Assembly (NCBI GenBank): GCA_002269645.1
Contig: NIVC01000525.1
Coordinates: 62,001-126,000, forward strand
Direction: 5' to 3'
Source: Macrostomum lignano
Taxonomy: Eukaryota
Length of the DNA stretch: 64,000 bases
Made by a program: the position numbers and the translations under genes. The notes beneath the pieces were generated by a model that saw only the letters and a list, made by a program, of their open reading frames with translations, was not told the origin of the DNA and did not search any database. This document shows, one piece after another, positions 39,501 through 49,136 of the stretch; positions within the stretch are counted from its first letter, which is position 1; each line of letters starts with the position of its first letter.

Positions 39501-42500
39501 GACAGTCTGATGTTCTGCGGTACACTCTACCAGTGCTTCGTCACCATCCTGCGCTTCGGGTTGATTGGCGACTTGTTCGAGGTGAGCGGCTCTCCGAGTT
39601 CGAAACTCGAACTCTGCTCGAAACAAGCTTGAAACTTTGAAGTTCGAGCTCAAAACTGAAAAAACTGAAGCATACCAATAACGTAATTTGATGTTAAAAC
39701 AGTAAAAATTTGCTTGCTAAATTCTTTTCAGAATCTTGTGCCGCCATCCAGCCACAGAAATTTTGACGAGTACGTCTGGATGGCCCTGTTCAGCATCACA
39801 TTCTTTGTCTTGATTAGCACCATCGGCTTGAACATTATCTTTGGCATCATTGTGGATACTTTCAGTCAGCTCAGGTGAGATAATACCCCACTCCTCCACA
39901 CCCCTCACTCCTCCGCACCCCTCACCCTTCCGCACCCCTCACTCCTCCACACCCTTCACTCCTCCGCACCCCTCCTCCGCACCCCTCACTCCTCCACACC
40001 CTTCACTCCTCCGCACCCCTCCTCCGCACCCCTCACTCCTCCACACCCTTCACTCCTCCGCACCCCTCCTCCGCACCCCTCACTCCTCCACACCCCTCAC
40101 TCCTCCGCACCACTCACTCTTTCCTTACCATTCTTTCAATTCTTTCACCCACAGAGACAAGAAGTGGATGGCCGAGACCGACATGCGCAACTGCTGCTTC
40201 ATCTGCTCACGCAACAACTATGACTTCGAGCACCACGGTCAGGGCTTCGACCATCACGTGCGCACTGAGCACAACATGTGGGCCTATATTTTCTTCTTCA
40301 TCCACCTAGAGGACACGGCAACTAATGACTATACCTCATTGGATTTGCACGTCCACAAGATGGTAGGGCCTTTGTAGCTCAGTTTTGTGTAGCTCAGTAA
40401 GCATGTACTTCTCATTTCGGCCCCGTCTGAACCCCTCACTCCGCCAGCCACCCCATCCACACCCCTCACTCCGCTAGCCACCCCTCCACACCCCTCACTT
40501 CGCCAGCCACCCCTCCACACCCCTCACTCCGCTAGCCACCCCTCCACACCCCTCACTTCGCCAGCCACCCCTCCACACCCCTCACTCCGCTAGCCACCCC
40601 TCCACACCCCTCACTTCGCCAGCCACCCCTCCACACCCCTCACTTCGCCAGCCACCCCTCCACACCCCTCACTCCGCTAGCCACTGTTGTGGGTGCGCGA
40701 CCATACGTACTTAACTCTGTGTTCAGTTTGCAGCCCGTCGGGCACGTTGATTTGCGAAACGTGTTACGCAATAATCTAACATCCAATTTTTCTCACAGCG
40801 TGCATGTTAATATATAAATACAGACCGTGGTCCGGCGAGACTCACTAAGTTTTTTTCTAGCAACCGAACCTACGCGTTCAATACACAACATTGGCGACGA
40901 AGATGGCAGACTTCAGTCTCAACCCACCAACGCCATACCTGGCTAGCCCGGGCGAGCCAAGCTGCCCGTGGCCAAGGTGGAAAAGTCAGTTCGCGATCTA
41001 TTCAACAGCAACGGAACTGGACAAAATGTCGGAGGCGAGACAAATGGCCGTCCTTCGACACTGCCTCGGGCCGGAAGGCCAACGGCAGGCGGAAAGCGTG
41101 GAGGCGAACGACATGAAGAAGCTGCTCGAAGAACTGGACAAAATCTTCGTGCCGAACAAGAGCGTCATCGGAGCTCGCTACAGGTTTCGGTGCAGGGAGC
41201 AGCGACCAGGGGAGCCGGTGCAGCAGTTCGTCAGAGATCTCCAACAGCTCGCGGCCGATTGCGCGTTCAAGGACCTGACAAATGAGATGGTCCGCGATCA
41301 GCTTATCGAGAAAACGTGCGTGTCACGTATCCGTGAAAGGCTGCTGATGGAACCAGACGACCTGACATTGGAGAAGTCCCTGCAGCTCGCCAACCAAATC
41401 GAGACAGCCATCAACGAAGCCAAGGTCCTCAACGGCACATCAGGGACGTCTCAAAAGACAGTGCACGCCGTCTCAAAGCAGAAAGTCAGAGCCAATCCCA
41501 AAACGCGCAAGGACAGCGAGAAGTGCAGGCGATGCGGCGGCGACTACAGCAAGGAGCACAAGTGCCCAGCAATGGGAAAAAAGTGCAACAACTGCAATAA
41601 GCCGAACCACTTTGCCGCTGTATGCCGAAGCAACACGGTGGCGACCGTCGGCGAAGAGGTGAGCACCATTCTGCAAGTCGCGAACCAGGATTCGACTGCC
41701 GCCCACACCATCGAATGCGCTGTCTGCGACGAGCGGCTGACGCTGACGCTGGACAGCGGTGCCTCCGTGTCGGTGATCAGCGCGTCCGACTTCCAGAGAG
41801 TTCGACGACACGCAACCAAGGGAAGCGGACCACCAGCACGGCTCGTGGCCTACGGAGGCTCGCACATTCGGACCTATGGGACAGCGACGCTCCCGGTCAT
41901 GTACAAGGACAAGACGGCCTCAGTCTGTTTCCAGATCACAGAGGGCAGCTCAAGCCTTCTTGGGCGCTCCGACTTCTCGAAGTTTGGTGTGTCTCTTCAA
42001 ATTAACTATCTCGGTGACGAGGGCTCACAACTTCAGGACAACTCCAAGGACTTCTTCGAGCCGATCAGGCAACAGCCGAGCACGCCAGCAGGAGCCTGGC
42101 AGGAGCTGCAGCTCGACATCTGCGGAGAGTTCAGAGCGGCGCCGCGTCACCAGCGATTCGCGATCGTGCTCATCGATCAGTTCAGCCGATGGCCAGAAGT
42201 CGCGCTCGTAGAATCGGTCACAACCAAGGTAGTCGTCGACTTCCTCGAGGTCATCTGGTCGAGGTGGGGCATCCCGAAGAACATCACAACCGACAATGGA
42301 CCCCAGTTCGGCCGCGAGTTCGACGAGTACCTGGCGAGCCTGGCGATCGAACACAAGCGAACGGCAGTGTACTGTCCAGAGCAAAACGGCAACGTCGAGC
42401 GATTCAACCGCACTCTCGGCGAGGGCGTGACAGCGCACTTGGTCGCCGGGTGGAGCTTCTGCAAGGCCGTCCGAGCTGTCGTCGCGGCCTATAGGGCGAC

Positions 42501-45021
42501 CCCAACGCACGTCACGGGTTCGAGTCCACACGAGCTCATGACTGGCCGACCAATGCGCACCCCGCTGCTCGCACTCCAACCGGACTCGGAAGCCAAGCGG
42601 CCGACGTCGGCTCATGACCGGGTCGCCACGGCAAAGCAGCGAGCAAAGAGCGACACCGACCGTCGGCGGCATGCATCGGCGGCGCGGACCGCGGTCATCC
42701 AAGACGGCTCCTGGGTGCACATCTCCAAGCCGGTGGCACCTGGCAAGCTGGAGCCGAAGCTCGCTGGGCCGTTCCGGGTTCGCAAGCGATTCAAGACAAC
42801 TGTGCTGCTCGAAAACGGCAAGCGGTGGCACCTGCGGCGCTGCGTGCCGGCCGGACCTGGCAAAGGAAGCGACGACGACGGCGACGCGCAGCTCGACGAA
42901 GGTGGCGGCGGCCCGGAGCTGGATCCGCCACGACCGCCTGATGATCTCGCTGGGGACCCGCCGGCACCCCCGCCGGTGCTGAGAAGGTCAGAGCGCGAGC
43001 GTCGACCGCCAATGCGCTACCCGAACTGAACCGTCTATGATGCACTGAACTGACATGCGATTACTTAGGGGAATCTCATGTGGGGAGGATGTTGTGGGTG
43101 CGCGACCATACGTACTTAACTCTGTGTTCAGTTTGCAGCCCGTCGGGCACGTTGATTTGCGAAACGTGTTACGCAATAATCTAACATCCAATTTTTCTCA
43201 CAGCGTGCATGTTAATATATAAATACAGACCGTGGTCCGGCGAGACTCACTAAGTTTTTTTCTAGCAACCGAACCTACGCGTTCAATACACAACAGCCAC
43301 CCCTCCACACCCCTCACTTCGCCAGCCACCCCTCCACACCCCTCACTCCGCTAGCCACCCCTCCACACCCCTCACTTCGCCAGCCACCCCTCCACACCCC
43401 TCACTTCGCCAGCCACCCCTCCACACCCCTCACTCCGCTAGCCACCCCTCCACACCCCTCACTTCGCCAGCCACCCCTCCACACCCCTCACTCCGCTAGC
43501 CACCCCTCCACACCCCTCACTTCGCCAGCCACCCCTCCACACCCAGAAAATGCTTGTGCATTTGAATCAATGTCTCAAGCCTTACTGTTTTGTAATTTCA
43601 CGTCGCCAAAAATCGTAAAGGTCAAGGAAAGTCTCGTTAAAACCACAATTTTCAGTTAAAAGAGGAAAGGTTTGAATTCTTTCCGCTCAACCGAGCCCTC
43701 TGCTTGTCGGCTAAGGACGAGGATTCAACTGACTCAAAAATTGACGAACTGCTTAGCAACGTGAAAGACCTCGTGCAGCACCAGAAGGAAGAGGTTAGCT
43801 ATTAGAACTACGCTCGTAGCCATTTTTTACAGCGTTTAATCTCGAGATTGTATATTTCATCAAATCCCCATGTCGCCCGCTTTTAACAATCCATCTTTGA
43901 GATTGCTTTCTGATCCCACACAACCCAGATTCTGATTCCTTAATTATCTCATTATTTCTGGTCGTCTAATATCCTCAGATCCTCAAATATTGTTAAACTC
44001 GGAGTCACTAAAATCCCATTCATTCCGCCCAATGACCAACTCTGAGCACACCCTGAGCACAGTTGAGGACACTCTGGCACACTCTGAGCACACTCTGAGC
44101 ACACCCTGAGCACACTCTGAGCACAGTCTGAGCACAGTTGAGGACACTCTGGCACACTCTGAGCACACTCTGAGCACACTCTGAGCACACCCTGAGCACA
44201 CCCTGAGCACAGTTGAGGACACTCTGGCACACTCTGAGCACAGTCTGTGCACACTCTGAGCACACTCTGAGCACACTCTGAGCACATTCTTACTCAATGC
44301 ACAGGAGGCGGAGCGGCGCCGCTGGGTGGAGCTGAACAGGCAGAAGAAGTGGCAGCAGAAGGTGCTCAGCAGCGGCCACCTGCTGCAAGACACCGCGGCA
44401 TTGGCGGCGGCCAGCGAAAGCGGCAGCGGCGGCGTCAGGATTCGCGGCAGCCACCCGGCGCCGGACAGGCGTTTCCTGCTCAGCGTGCCTCGCCCGCCGC
44501 ACGAGGAGGAGGACGAAGACGAACTGCCGAGGTCGCCGTCTCTGCCTGGAAGCGAGGAGGACTATCGGCTGTCTGTGCCCGACGTGAGCGGGGGCCAGGT
44601 GGCTGATTTTGGGAGAGTTGCGTAAGCAGCTGAGGATCTGGGAGGCTGTGGCCCAGCAACTGAGGATTTGGGAGGCTGTGGCCCAGCAACTGAGGATCTG
44701 GGAGGCTGTGGCCCAGCAACTGAGGAATTGAGAGGCTGTGGCCCAGCAACTGAGGATTTGGGAGGCTGTGGCCCAGCAACTAAGGATTTGGGAGGCTGTG
44801 GCCCAGCAACTGAGGATCTGGGAGGCTGGCCCAGCAACTGAGGATCTGGGAGGCTGGCCCAGCAACTGAGGATCTGGGAGTAACCCTGACTTTCGCCCAC
44901 CCACCCCATCCAGGTGAGCCAACCGCGCGGTGCCGCGGCCGCCGTAGTCGAGGAGGCAACAGCCGAGCACCTGGGATTCCTTGACGACTATGACGAAGAC
45001 GGGGAGCCAAAATCGCATTGA
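515..45021 (+). CDS. ITPR: Inositol 1,4,5-trisphosphate receptor-family Ca2+ release channel (divergent ITPR-like), ~47 exons, ~2805 aa
   Basis: Hand-built GT-AG, phase-consistent exons: 515-663, 1303-1376, 1519-1826, 2650-2727, 2805-2885, 4113-4219, 4320-4407, 5026-5113, 5191-5532, 5687-5775, 6657-6782, 7309-7440, 7533-7718, 9225-9347, 9722-9826, 10066-10257, 10756-10888, 10991-11109, 13016-13274, 13621-13775, 14286-14401, 14599-14701, 14789-15101, 15694-16153, 16437-16709, 19975-20094, 20354-20437, 20785-21064, 21949-22020, 22127-22256, 22774-22912, 27107-27301, 27948-28302, 28687-28743, 30378-30596, 32356-32634, 33576-33872, 34334-34442, 36243-36361, 37100-37419, 37926-38314, 39403-39581, 39732-39874, 40155-40362, 43656-43793, 44305-44583, 44914-45021 (8418 nt in total, in frame). 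ITPR hallmarks: N-terminal [39 protein letters not shown]-type [42 protein letters not shown]-associated [26 protein letters not shown]6 [16 protein letters not shown], and zinc site CFIC...[11 protein letters not shown]. Confidence 0.93.
688..985. repeat. 21-bp minisatellite TATTGCTGCCTGATCATACAG, ~14 copies (ITPR intron 1)
   Basis: Direct reading. Confidence 0.95.
1001..1095. repeat. 20-bp repeat AATCYARAATGATCAGTCAC, ~5 copies
   Basis: Direct reading. Confidence 0.85.
1815..2330. repeat. 35-bp minisatellite containing the exon 3 splice donor, 14 copies of GAGATTGTTCAG|GTAGCT
   Basis: Direct reading. Copies at 1815 and at 1881+35n up to 2301. Confidence 0.95.
3172..4082. repeat. 51-bp minisatellite, ~18 copies (intron 5)
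   Basis: Unit ATGGCCGAGTGCACAGTTCCGCGATAATAAAGGGTCATTGCTTTATTGTCT. Confidence 0.95.
5850..6500. repeat. 16-bp minisatellite AACTTCACCAATCCTR, ~40 copies (intron 10)
   Basis: Direct reading. Confidence 0.95.
6925..7130. repeat. Degenerate ~33-bp repeat GGATAATGGGATCTCTAAT... (intron 11)
   Basis: Direct reading. Confidence 0.7.
7830..8260. repeat. C-rich ~20-bp minisatellite CCACCCCAACACCAGCCCCA (intron 13)
   Basis: Direct reading. Confidence 0.9.
10400..10600. repeat. 24-30-bp repeat GGATGACGCATGGCATGCTGTAGT (intron 16)
   Basis: Direct reading. Confidence 0.85.
11145..11685. repeat. 21-bp minisatellite GGATAGAGACACAATCACAGA, ~25 copies (intron 18)
   Basis: Direct reading. Confidence 0.95.
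12664..12897. repeat. 23-bp minisatellite AGCCCCATCCGGAGACCAAGTCT, ~10 copies (intron 18)
   Basis: Direct reading. Confidence 0.95.
22955..23110. repeat. 16-bp repeat CTGCCTCCTCCCCCAC, ~9 copies (intron 31)
   Basis: Direct reading. Confidence 0.9.
23199..23381. mobile_element. Small MITE-like element with 12-bp terminal inverted repeats
   Basis: CAGGGGCGGACC at the left end against the reverse complement CAGCGGCGGACC at the right end (11/12). No TSD found. Confidence 0.45.
23602..24324 (+). CDS. Orphan 240-aa acidic/Ser-rich ORF inside ITPR intron 31 (alternative terminal exon or nested gene)
   Basis: Non-repetitive and GC3-rich like the true exons. The frame is open back to ~23548, with phase-compatible acceptors at CAG|23568 and CAG|23580. 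I recognise no homology. Confidence 0.5.
   Translation: MSEASLPAQQNAAEPSDESSSSSASIRTIGNILVSAPETAVTELLCGASLCIRPGRRGAKQMLGSIISARAFDLTEVGQAPGLEREYAEEHDLPTVLDDCPDDISDDTSIGSDTDSIDEVGARGSSSASETTIIVDIDENEGDDCTTITAGTIIEDSGSTPPGSTIGLRSPQPKEADLSVQIEKAVHRSLLKSIRDTSVLGTQSKKQTMLSASRAANSLFSFENDQCDENYLQELLKFDF
25447..27060. repeat. 45-bp minisatellite with an internal palindrome TGACAGAAATCTGTCA, ~36 copies (intron 31)
   Basis: Unit ACACCTGACAGAAATCTGTCACCAACTCGCTTATAGACAGGGAAA. Confidence 0.97.
27385..27895. repeat. 14-18-bp GTTGCAGTGTGTTG repeat (intron 32)
   Basis: Direct reading. Confidence 0.9.
28303..28615. repeat. GAGTTCAT(GA/AA)-based repeat carrying GTAAGT/GTGAGT motifs (intron 33)
   Basis: Direct reading. 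Begins at the donor site. Confidence 0.9.
29650..29799 (+). CDS. Candidate cassette exon of the ITPR-like gene ([15 protein letters not shown]...RPELAVKK)
   Basis: TAG acceptor, AAG|GTAAAG donor, 150 nt, open, phase 0-0 matching flanking exons 34 and 35. Confidence 0.35.
30640..32340. repeat. 24-bp minisatellite TGTCATGTACACTGTGACACACAC, ~70 units with higher-order blocks (intron 35)
   Basis: Direct reading. Confidence 0.97.
33900..34270. repeat. ~28-bp repeat GGATTAGCGGCTTAGTAGAGTGTGGGYT (intron 37)
   Basis: Direct reading. Confidence 0.85.
35150..35900 (+). repeat. 7-bp satellite (ATACCCG/ATACCCA)n (intron 38)
   Basis: Direct reading. Confidence 0.95.
36455..37030 (-). repeat. The same 7-bp satellite in inverted orientation, (TCGGGTA/TTGGGTA)n (intron 39)
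   Basis: Reverse complement of 35150-35900. Confidence 0.95.
37436..37890. repeat. 21-bp minisatellite GTTGTTGCATCATGTGATCGT (intron 40)
   Basis: Direct reading. Confidence 0.95.
38380..39285. repeat. 20-21-bp minisatellite ACATGGAATGTCACTCTCTA (intron 41)
   Basis: Direct reading. Confidence 0.95.
39885..40120. repeat. C-rich CACCCCTCACTCCTCCG repeat (intron 43)
   Basis: Direct reading. Confidence 0.85.
40685..40890 (+). repeat. 5' LTR (206 bp)
   Basis: TG...CA ends and a TATATAAATA box. Identical by eye to 43090-43295. Confidence 0.95.
40892..40906 (+). promoter_or_regulatory. Primer-binding site TGGCGACGAAGATGG (tRNA-Ser(GCU)-type)
   Basis: Starts 1 nt after the 5' LTR. It matches the complement of the typical eukaryotic tRNA-Ser(GCU) 3' end (TGGCGACGAGGATGG) at 14/15 positions. 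Confidence 0.7.
40903..43029 (+). CDS. Gag-aspartic protease-integrase polyprotein lacking RT and RNase H
   Basis: Gag [17 protein letters not shown]...VRDQLIE; zinc knuckles CRRCGG..H.C and [14 protein letters not shown]; protease LDSGASVSV; integrase LDICG...IDQFSRWPE...TDNGPQF...[11 protein letters not shown]. No YxDD motif. Only ~120 codons separate DSG from the first integrase Asp. Confidence 0.92.
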   Translation: MADFSLNPPTPYLASPGEPSCPWPRWKSQFAIYSTATELDKMSEARQMAVLRHCLGPEGQRQAESVEANDMKKLLEELDKIFVPNKSVIGARYRFRCREQRPGEPVQQFVRDLQQLAADCAFKDLTNEMVRDQLIEKTCVSRIRERLLMEPDDLTLEKSLQLANQIETAINEAKVLNGTSGTSQKTVHAVSKQKVRANPKTRKDSEKCRRCGGDYSKEHKCPAMGKKCNNCNKPNHFAAVCRSNTVATVGEEVSTILQVANQDSTAAHTIECAVCDERLTLTLDSGASVSVISASDFQRVRRHATKGSGPPARLVAYGGSHIRTYGTATLPVMYKDKTASVCFQITEGSSSLLGRSDFSKFGVSLQINYLGDEGSQLQDNSKDFFEPIRQQPSTPAGAWQELQLDICGEFRAAPRHQRFAIVLIDQFSRWPEVALVESVTTKVVVDFLEVIWSRWGIPKNITTDNGPQFGREFDEYLASLAIEHKRTAVYCPEQNGNVERFNRTLGEGVTAHLVAGWSFCKAVRAVVAAYRATPTHVTGSSPHELMTGRPMRTPLLALQPDSEAKRPTSAHDRVATAKQRAKSDTDRRRHASAARTAVIQDGSWVHISKPVAPGKLEPKLAGPFRVRKRFKTTVLLENGKRWHLRRCVPAGPGKGSDDDGDAQLDEGGGGPELDPPRPPDDLAGDPPAPPPVLRRSERERRPPMRYPN
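43082..43089 (+). promoter_or_regulatory. Polypurine tract GGGGAGGA
   Basis: Purine run abutting the 3' LTR. Confidence 0.75.
43090..43295 (+). repeat. 3' LTR (206 bp)
   Basis: Direct repeat of 40685-40890, followed by TSD GCCAC. Confidence 0.95.
44040..44285. repeat. CACTCTGAGCA-based repeat (intron 45)
   Basis: Direct reading. Confidence 0.9.
44628..44878. repeat. 30-bp repeat CTGAGGATCTGGGAGGCTGTGGCCCAGCAA, ~8 copies (intron 46)
   Basis: Direct reading. Confidence 0.92.
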
Positions 45022-45884
45022 TGAGGGGCATCGGCTGGCCGCATGTGCTCACTCCGGCAGTGGCCTCTAGTCAGTCCTGCTGCTCACCACAGAGGCAACT
45101 GCTATGACACAGAAGCTATTGCGCTACCCGACAGACTCCTATTATTGATTCGCTCGCTAGCCCGTCAACTGCTGACTTTGTCTTCTTGTGACAGTTGGCA
45201 GTCCCCTGTTGCTGTTTTATTTACCAGAATTTTTTTACAGAATTTTTTCATCGATAAAAATTTGTTTTATCAGCGAGTTCTTGCCCGTTTCGCAAACGGA
45301 ACCAGTTGATGAGCTAAGCTAATTAATTATTTGCAGTTTTCACCCAGTCACACAAATGCGATGCTATTAAATTCGTACAAACTAATTATTTATCCGTAAA
45401 TTTTTATTTAAGAAACAATTTTTTTATTTTCCAATCTACATGTAGTAACAATTGTTTAATGAACAATTTTATAATTTATAATTTCATTTTATATCATTGC
45501 CCCACAAACTGCATATTCATGTAAAGGCCGGTTTGCCTTACCGACTGTGGCTTCGCAAGTCCAAGACAGCTCAACTTAATGTACAGTTGGGGTTCAGAAA
45601 CATTTAAAAAATTGATTTGAGCAGTTCAGGACCCGCGCAGAGCAATTAGCGGCAATGTGAGCCGCCTTTATTGCCTCTTAAAACTGCTACCTGACCATGC
45701 AGGGCAGCCAATAAATGATGAACGCATCTGTGTTACTACTAGCGCTTTGAGTAGTAGCAATGCGCATACACTGCCTAGAGACTTCGCATAGCATTGCATT
45801 AATGACTACTTTTAGCAGTAATGAAAAGCTTGGATTCGCTTCCTGAAACAGTGTTGGGAGCTATGCGTTGGCACCAGGGGGTGA

Positions 45885-46470
45885 GTGTCAAGATTGGGGT
45901 GGGTGTCAAGATGGGGGTGTGTCAAGATTGGGGTGGGTGCCAAGATGGAGTGGTACCGAGATAGGGTGTGGGTGCCAAGATTGGGGTGGGTGCCAAGATG
46001 GAGTGGTACCGAGATAGGGTGTGGGTGCCAAGATGGGGGTGGGTGCCAAGATGGGGGTGGGTGCCAAGATGGGGGTGGGTGCCAAGATGGGGTCGTACTG
46101 AGATAGGGCAACAGTGGGTGAGTGTTGGTTGATTGCCAACAGATAGTGGGTGGTTGCTAAGATGGGGGTGGGTGCCAAGATAGGGTTGGGTGCCAAGATG
46201 GGGGTGGGTGCCAAGATAGGGGTGGTTGCCAAGATGGGGGTGGGTGCCAAGATAGGGGTGGTTGCCAAGATGGGGGTGGGTGCCAAGATGGGGGTGGTTG
46301 CCAAGATGGGGGTGGGTGCCAAGATGGGGTGCTGCCGAGATAGGGGGTGGGTGCCAAGATGGGGTGGTACTGAGATAGGGTGTGGGTGCCAAGATTGGGT
46401 GGGTGGTAAGAGGGGGGTGGGTGCCAAAATGAGGGGTTGGGTGCCAAAATGAGGGGTTGGGTGCCAAGCT
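45885..46470. repeat. 18-bp G-rich repeat GGGGTGGGTGCCAAGATG
   Basis: Direct reading. Confidence 0.92.
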
Positions 46471-46697
46471 AGCATTGCTTAATAAACTGATAAACAGATA
46501 AATGTCAGAAATTTTTATCAATTTAACGATTGCGGATTTTGAAATCAACAGAGTTGGAAAAAGCGGTCACACAGTGGTCCCTATGGTTAGCTATGTATTT
46601 ACACATGTATATTTATATGCACGCATAAAAGAGTGACGAAACACTGCCAGATCAGAGAGCCCTGTGCCTAGCGTAGACCAGACCGACCGCGCCTAAT

Positions 46698-46877
46698 GTT
46701 GCCATGGCGACCGGGTGTTGTTGCTAAGGCCGCCACCTCGGTCGGGCGGTTGGCGGGCGGGCCGAGACGGCGCCCCACCAGAGTCAGGAGCCGCCAGTCT
46801 AGCGCCAGCGAACGCTGATCGTCCGCCGCCCTTTCCAACTCTTTAGGCTTGTGCCTCCGATCCGTTGCCATGGAGAC
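46698..46877. promoter_or_regulatory. Two RFX X-box-like motifs in a CpG-rich island
   Basis: GTTGCCATGGCGAC (46698-46711) and GTTGCCATGGAGAC (46864-46877), compared with the consensus GTTGCCATGGCAAC. Confidence 0.5.
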
Positions 46878-47624
46878 AAAAGTTCGATTAACCCCGCTGT
46901 CGCGCCGGCGGCAGCCGAGGCTGCGGGGTCGCGCGGAGAGGCGAAATCCGTCTGCTACGATTGACCCGGATTGAAAAGTACATTCAACTTTCGGCGCAGG
47001 TCCGCGCGATGATCGCGCACCAATCAGCTGGAAGTGGTCGCGGGTTCGAGTCGTCGCCGGCTGCCAGGCCAGGCTGACAAAAGGCGGCCGGCCGATCTCC
47101 AGCACAGGTGGGCGCCGCAGTTGTCGCCGTGGAGGTTCGCCCGGCATCGCGGCTCAGAATAAGCGGACAGACAGACAGCTTTTGATGCAGAGCATTTCCA
47201 GAGCTCGCACAGTTGTCCAGCCTCCGCACAAAGATTTTCTTAGCTTGGCCGCGACTATTTAGAGAGCAGAGAGAAAACTGCATAGGCGACTGTTATCGTC
47301 AAGTGGCTGAGCAAACACACGCGAAAAACAATAATTTGCTTCTGCTGTATTGAGTTGAGCACACAATTCTGAGTTGGTGTTTGCCAACGGTCACTTTAAT
47401 CAACTCGGTGTTGCTCGTGGAAGCTGCGGACTGGAGCAAGAAGAACAGTGCAGCCGACGGCTCTTCTCCACTTACTTACTGAAGCTTTTCTATGAGAAAC
47501 TCTGCCTAGCAACTGCCGACAGCCGATGCTGAGGCTGTGCGGACTGGAGCCTCACCGAGGCTGCATTGGCCGGCTCTCCGGCTTTGCGCCTCTCCTGCTC
47601 TTTTCCAGCCGCCTGTTCATGTTA

Positions 47625-48365
<741 letters not shown>

Positions 48366-49136
48366 CACTGTCAGTTCGGTGAGCAGAAATCAAGAAACAA
48401 TTCGAGACGAGTAAATGATACAGTTAAACTAGGATTTTAAATTTCGGTTGAAAGGAAATTTGTATTAGACTCGAATACAACTTGGGATCACAAATCTGAT
48501 CATTATATAAGGCATATAATCAATATACACCTTCTAGGCTATTTAATTTTAAGGTAAATGGCAATGGACACTTAGAAGCGGCAGTAGTATTAGAATTAGT
48601 AGTAGGGTGTGCAAACGAGATTGCAGAATTAGGAGTACATGCAAAACGGAATCAAATTAAAAGCAGTAGTAGTTGAAGCAAATTAGGCGCAAATTTCAAA
48701 TGTTGGATAATTAAGCTTCAAAATAAAGATTGAATACAAGATTGCTACTTGAAGTAGTCTGCCAGAGACTGAGAGACACGAATAAACTGGTTAGTTGCTA
48801 CGAAAATACGCAAGGCACCGAACTTTTATTTTTTAGCATCGTAGCATCGGCCAAGTACGCTCGTAGTTAAGAAAACAAGTTGAAAGAATAAGTCTGGACT
48901 GATTCAGAGTTGGCGCATGCGATGAACAAATGTGACTGGCAATTGGGTGAATAGGGGCAGATATGTGTAATAAGCTATTAACGAGCGTATAAACTGAAAT
49001 AGCATGTAATTAACGACTTTCCAATGGCGCAACATATCGCAAATGTCACATTTGAATAGATTTGGCGGCCAAATAATTTGATTTTTAATTTTTATGCACT
49101 CTCGATAATACTATGAGTATGATAAGTACCTTATGC

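Larger units (their letters stand above)
37100..40362 (+). other. ITPR-like transmembrane/pore region and C-terminal zinc site (exons 40-44)
   Basis: Hydrophobic helices, [24 protein letters not shown], pore helix [19 protein letters not shown]6 [13 protein letters not shown], and CCFIC...HHVRTEH. Confidence 0.88.
40685..43295 (+). mobile_element. Ty3/Gypsy (Mag-like) LTR retrotransposon, internally deleted and non-autonomous, 2611 bp
   Basis: Two 206-bp LTRs (TGTTG...CAACA), TSD GCCAC on both sides (40680-40684 and 43296-43300), PBS, PPT and a gag-PR-IN ORF. Inserted in a 29-bp minisatellite in ITPR intron 44. Confidence 0.95.
40430..43545. repeat. 29-bp minisatellite GCCAGCCACCCCTCCACACCCCTCACTYC, split by the LTR element (40430-40684 and 43296-43545)
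   Basis: The same unit occurs on both sides of the insertion. Confidence 0.92.

Noticed and set aside
41002-43045. Antisense and alternate-frame ORFs over the retroelement (e.g. 42025-42831, 268 aa)
   Set aside because: Shadow ORFs of a GC-rich coding strand, with no recognisable motifs.
47020-47075. tRNA-like B-box GGTTCGAGTC
   Set aside because: The flanks do not form a T-stem (GCGGG versus CGTCG), and there is no cloverleaf or A-box.
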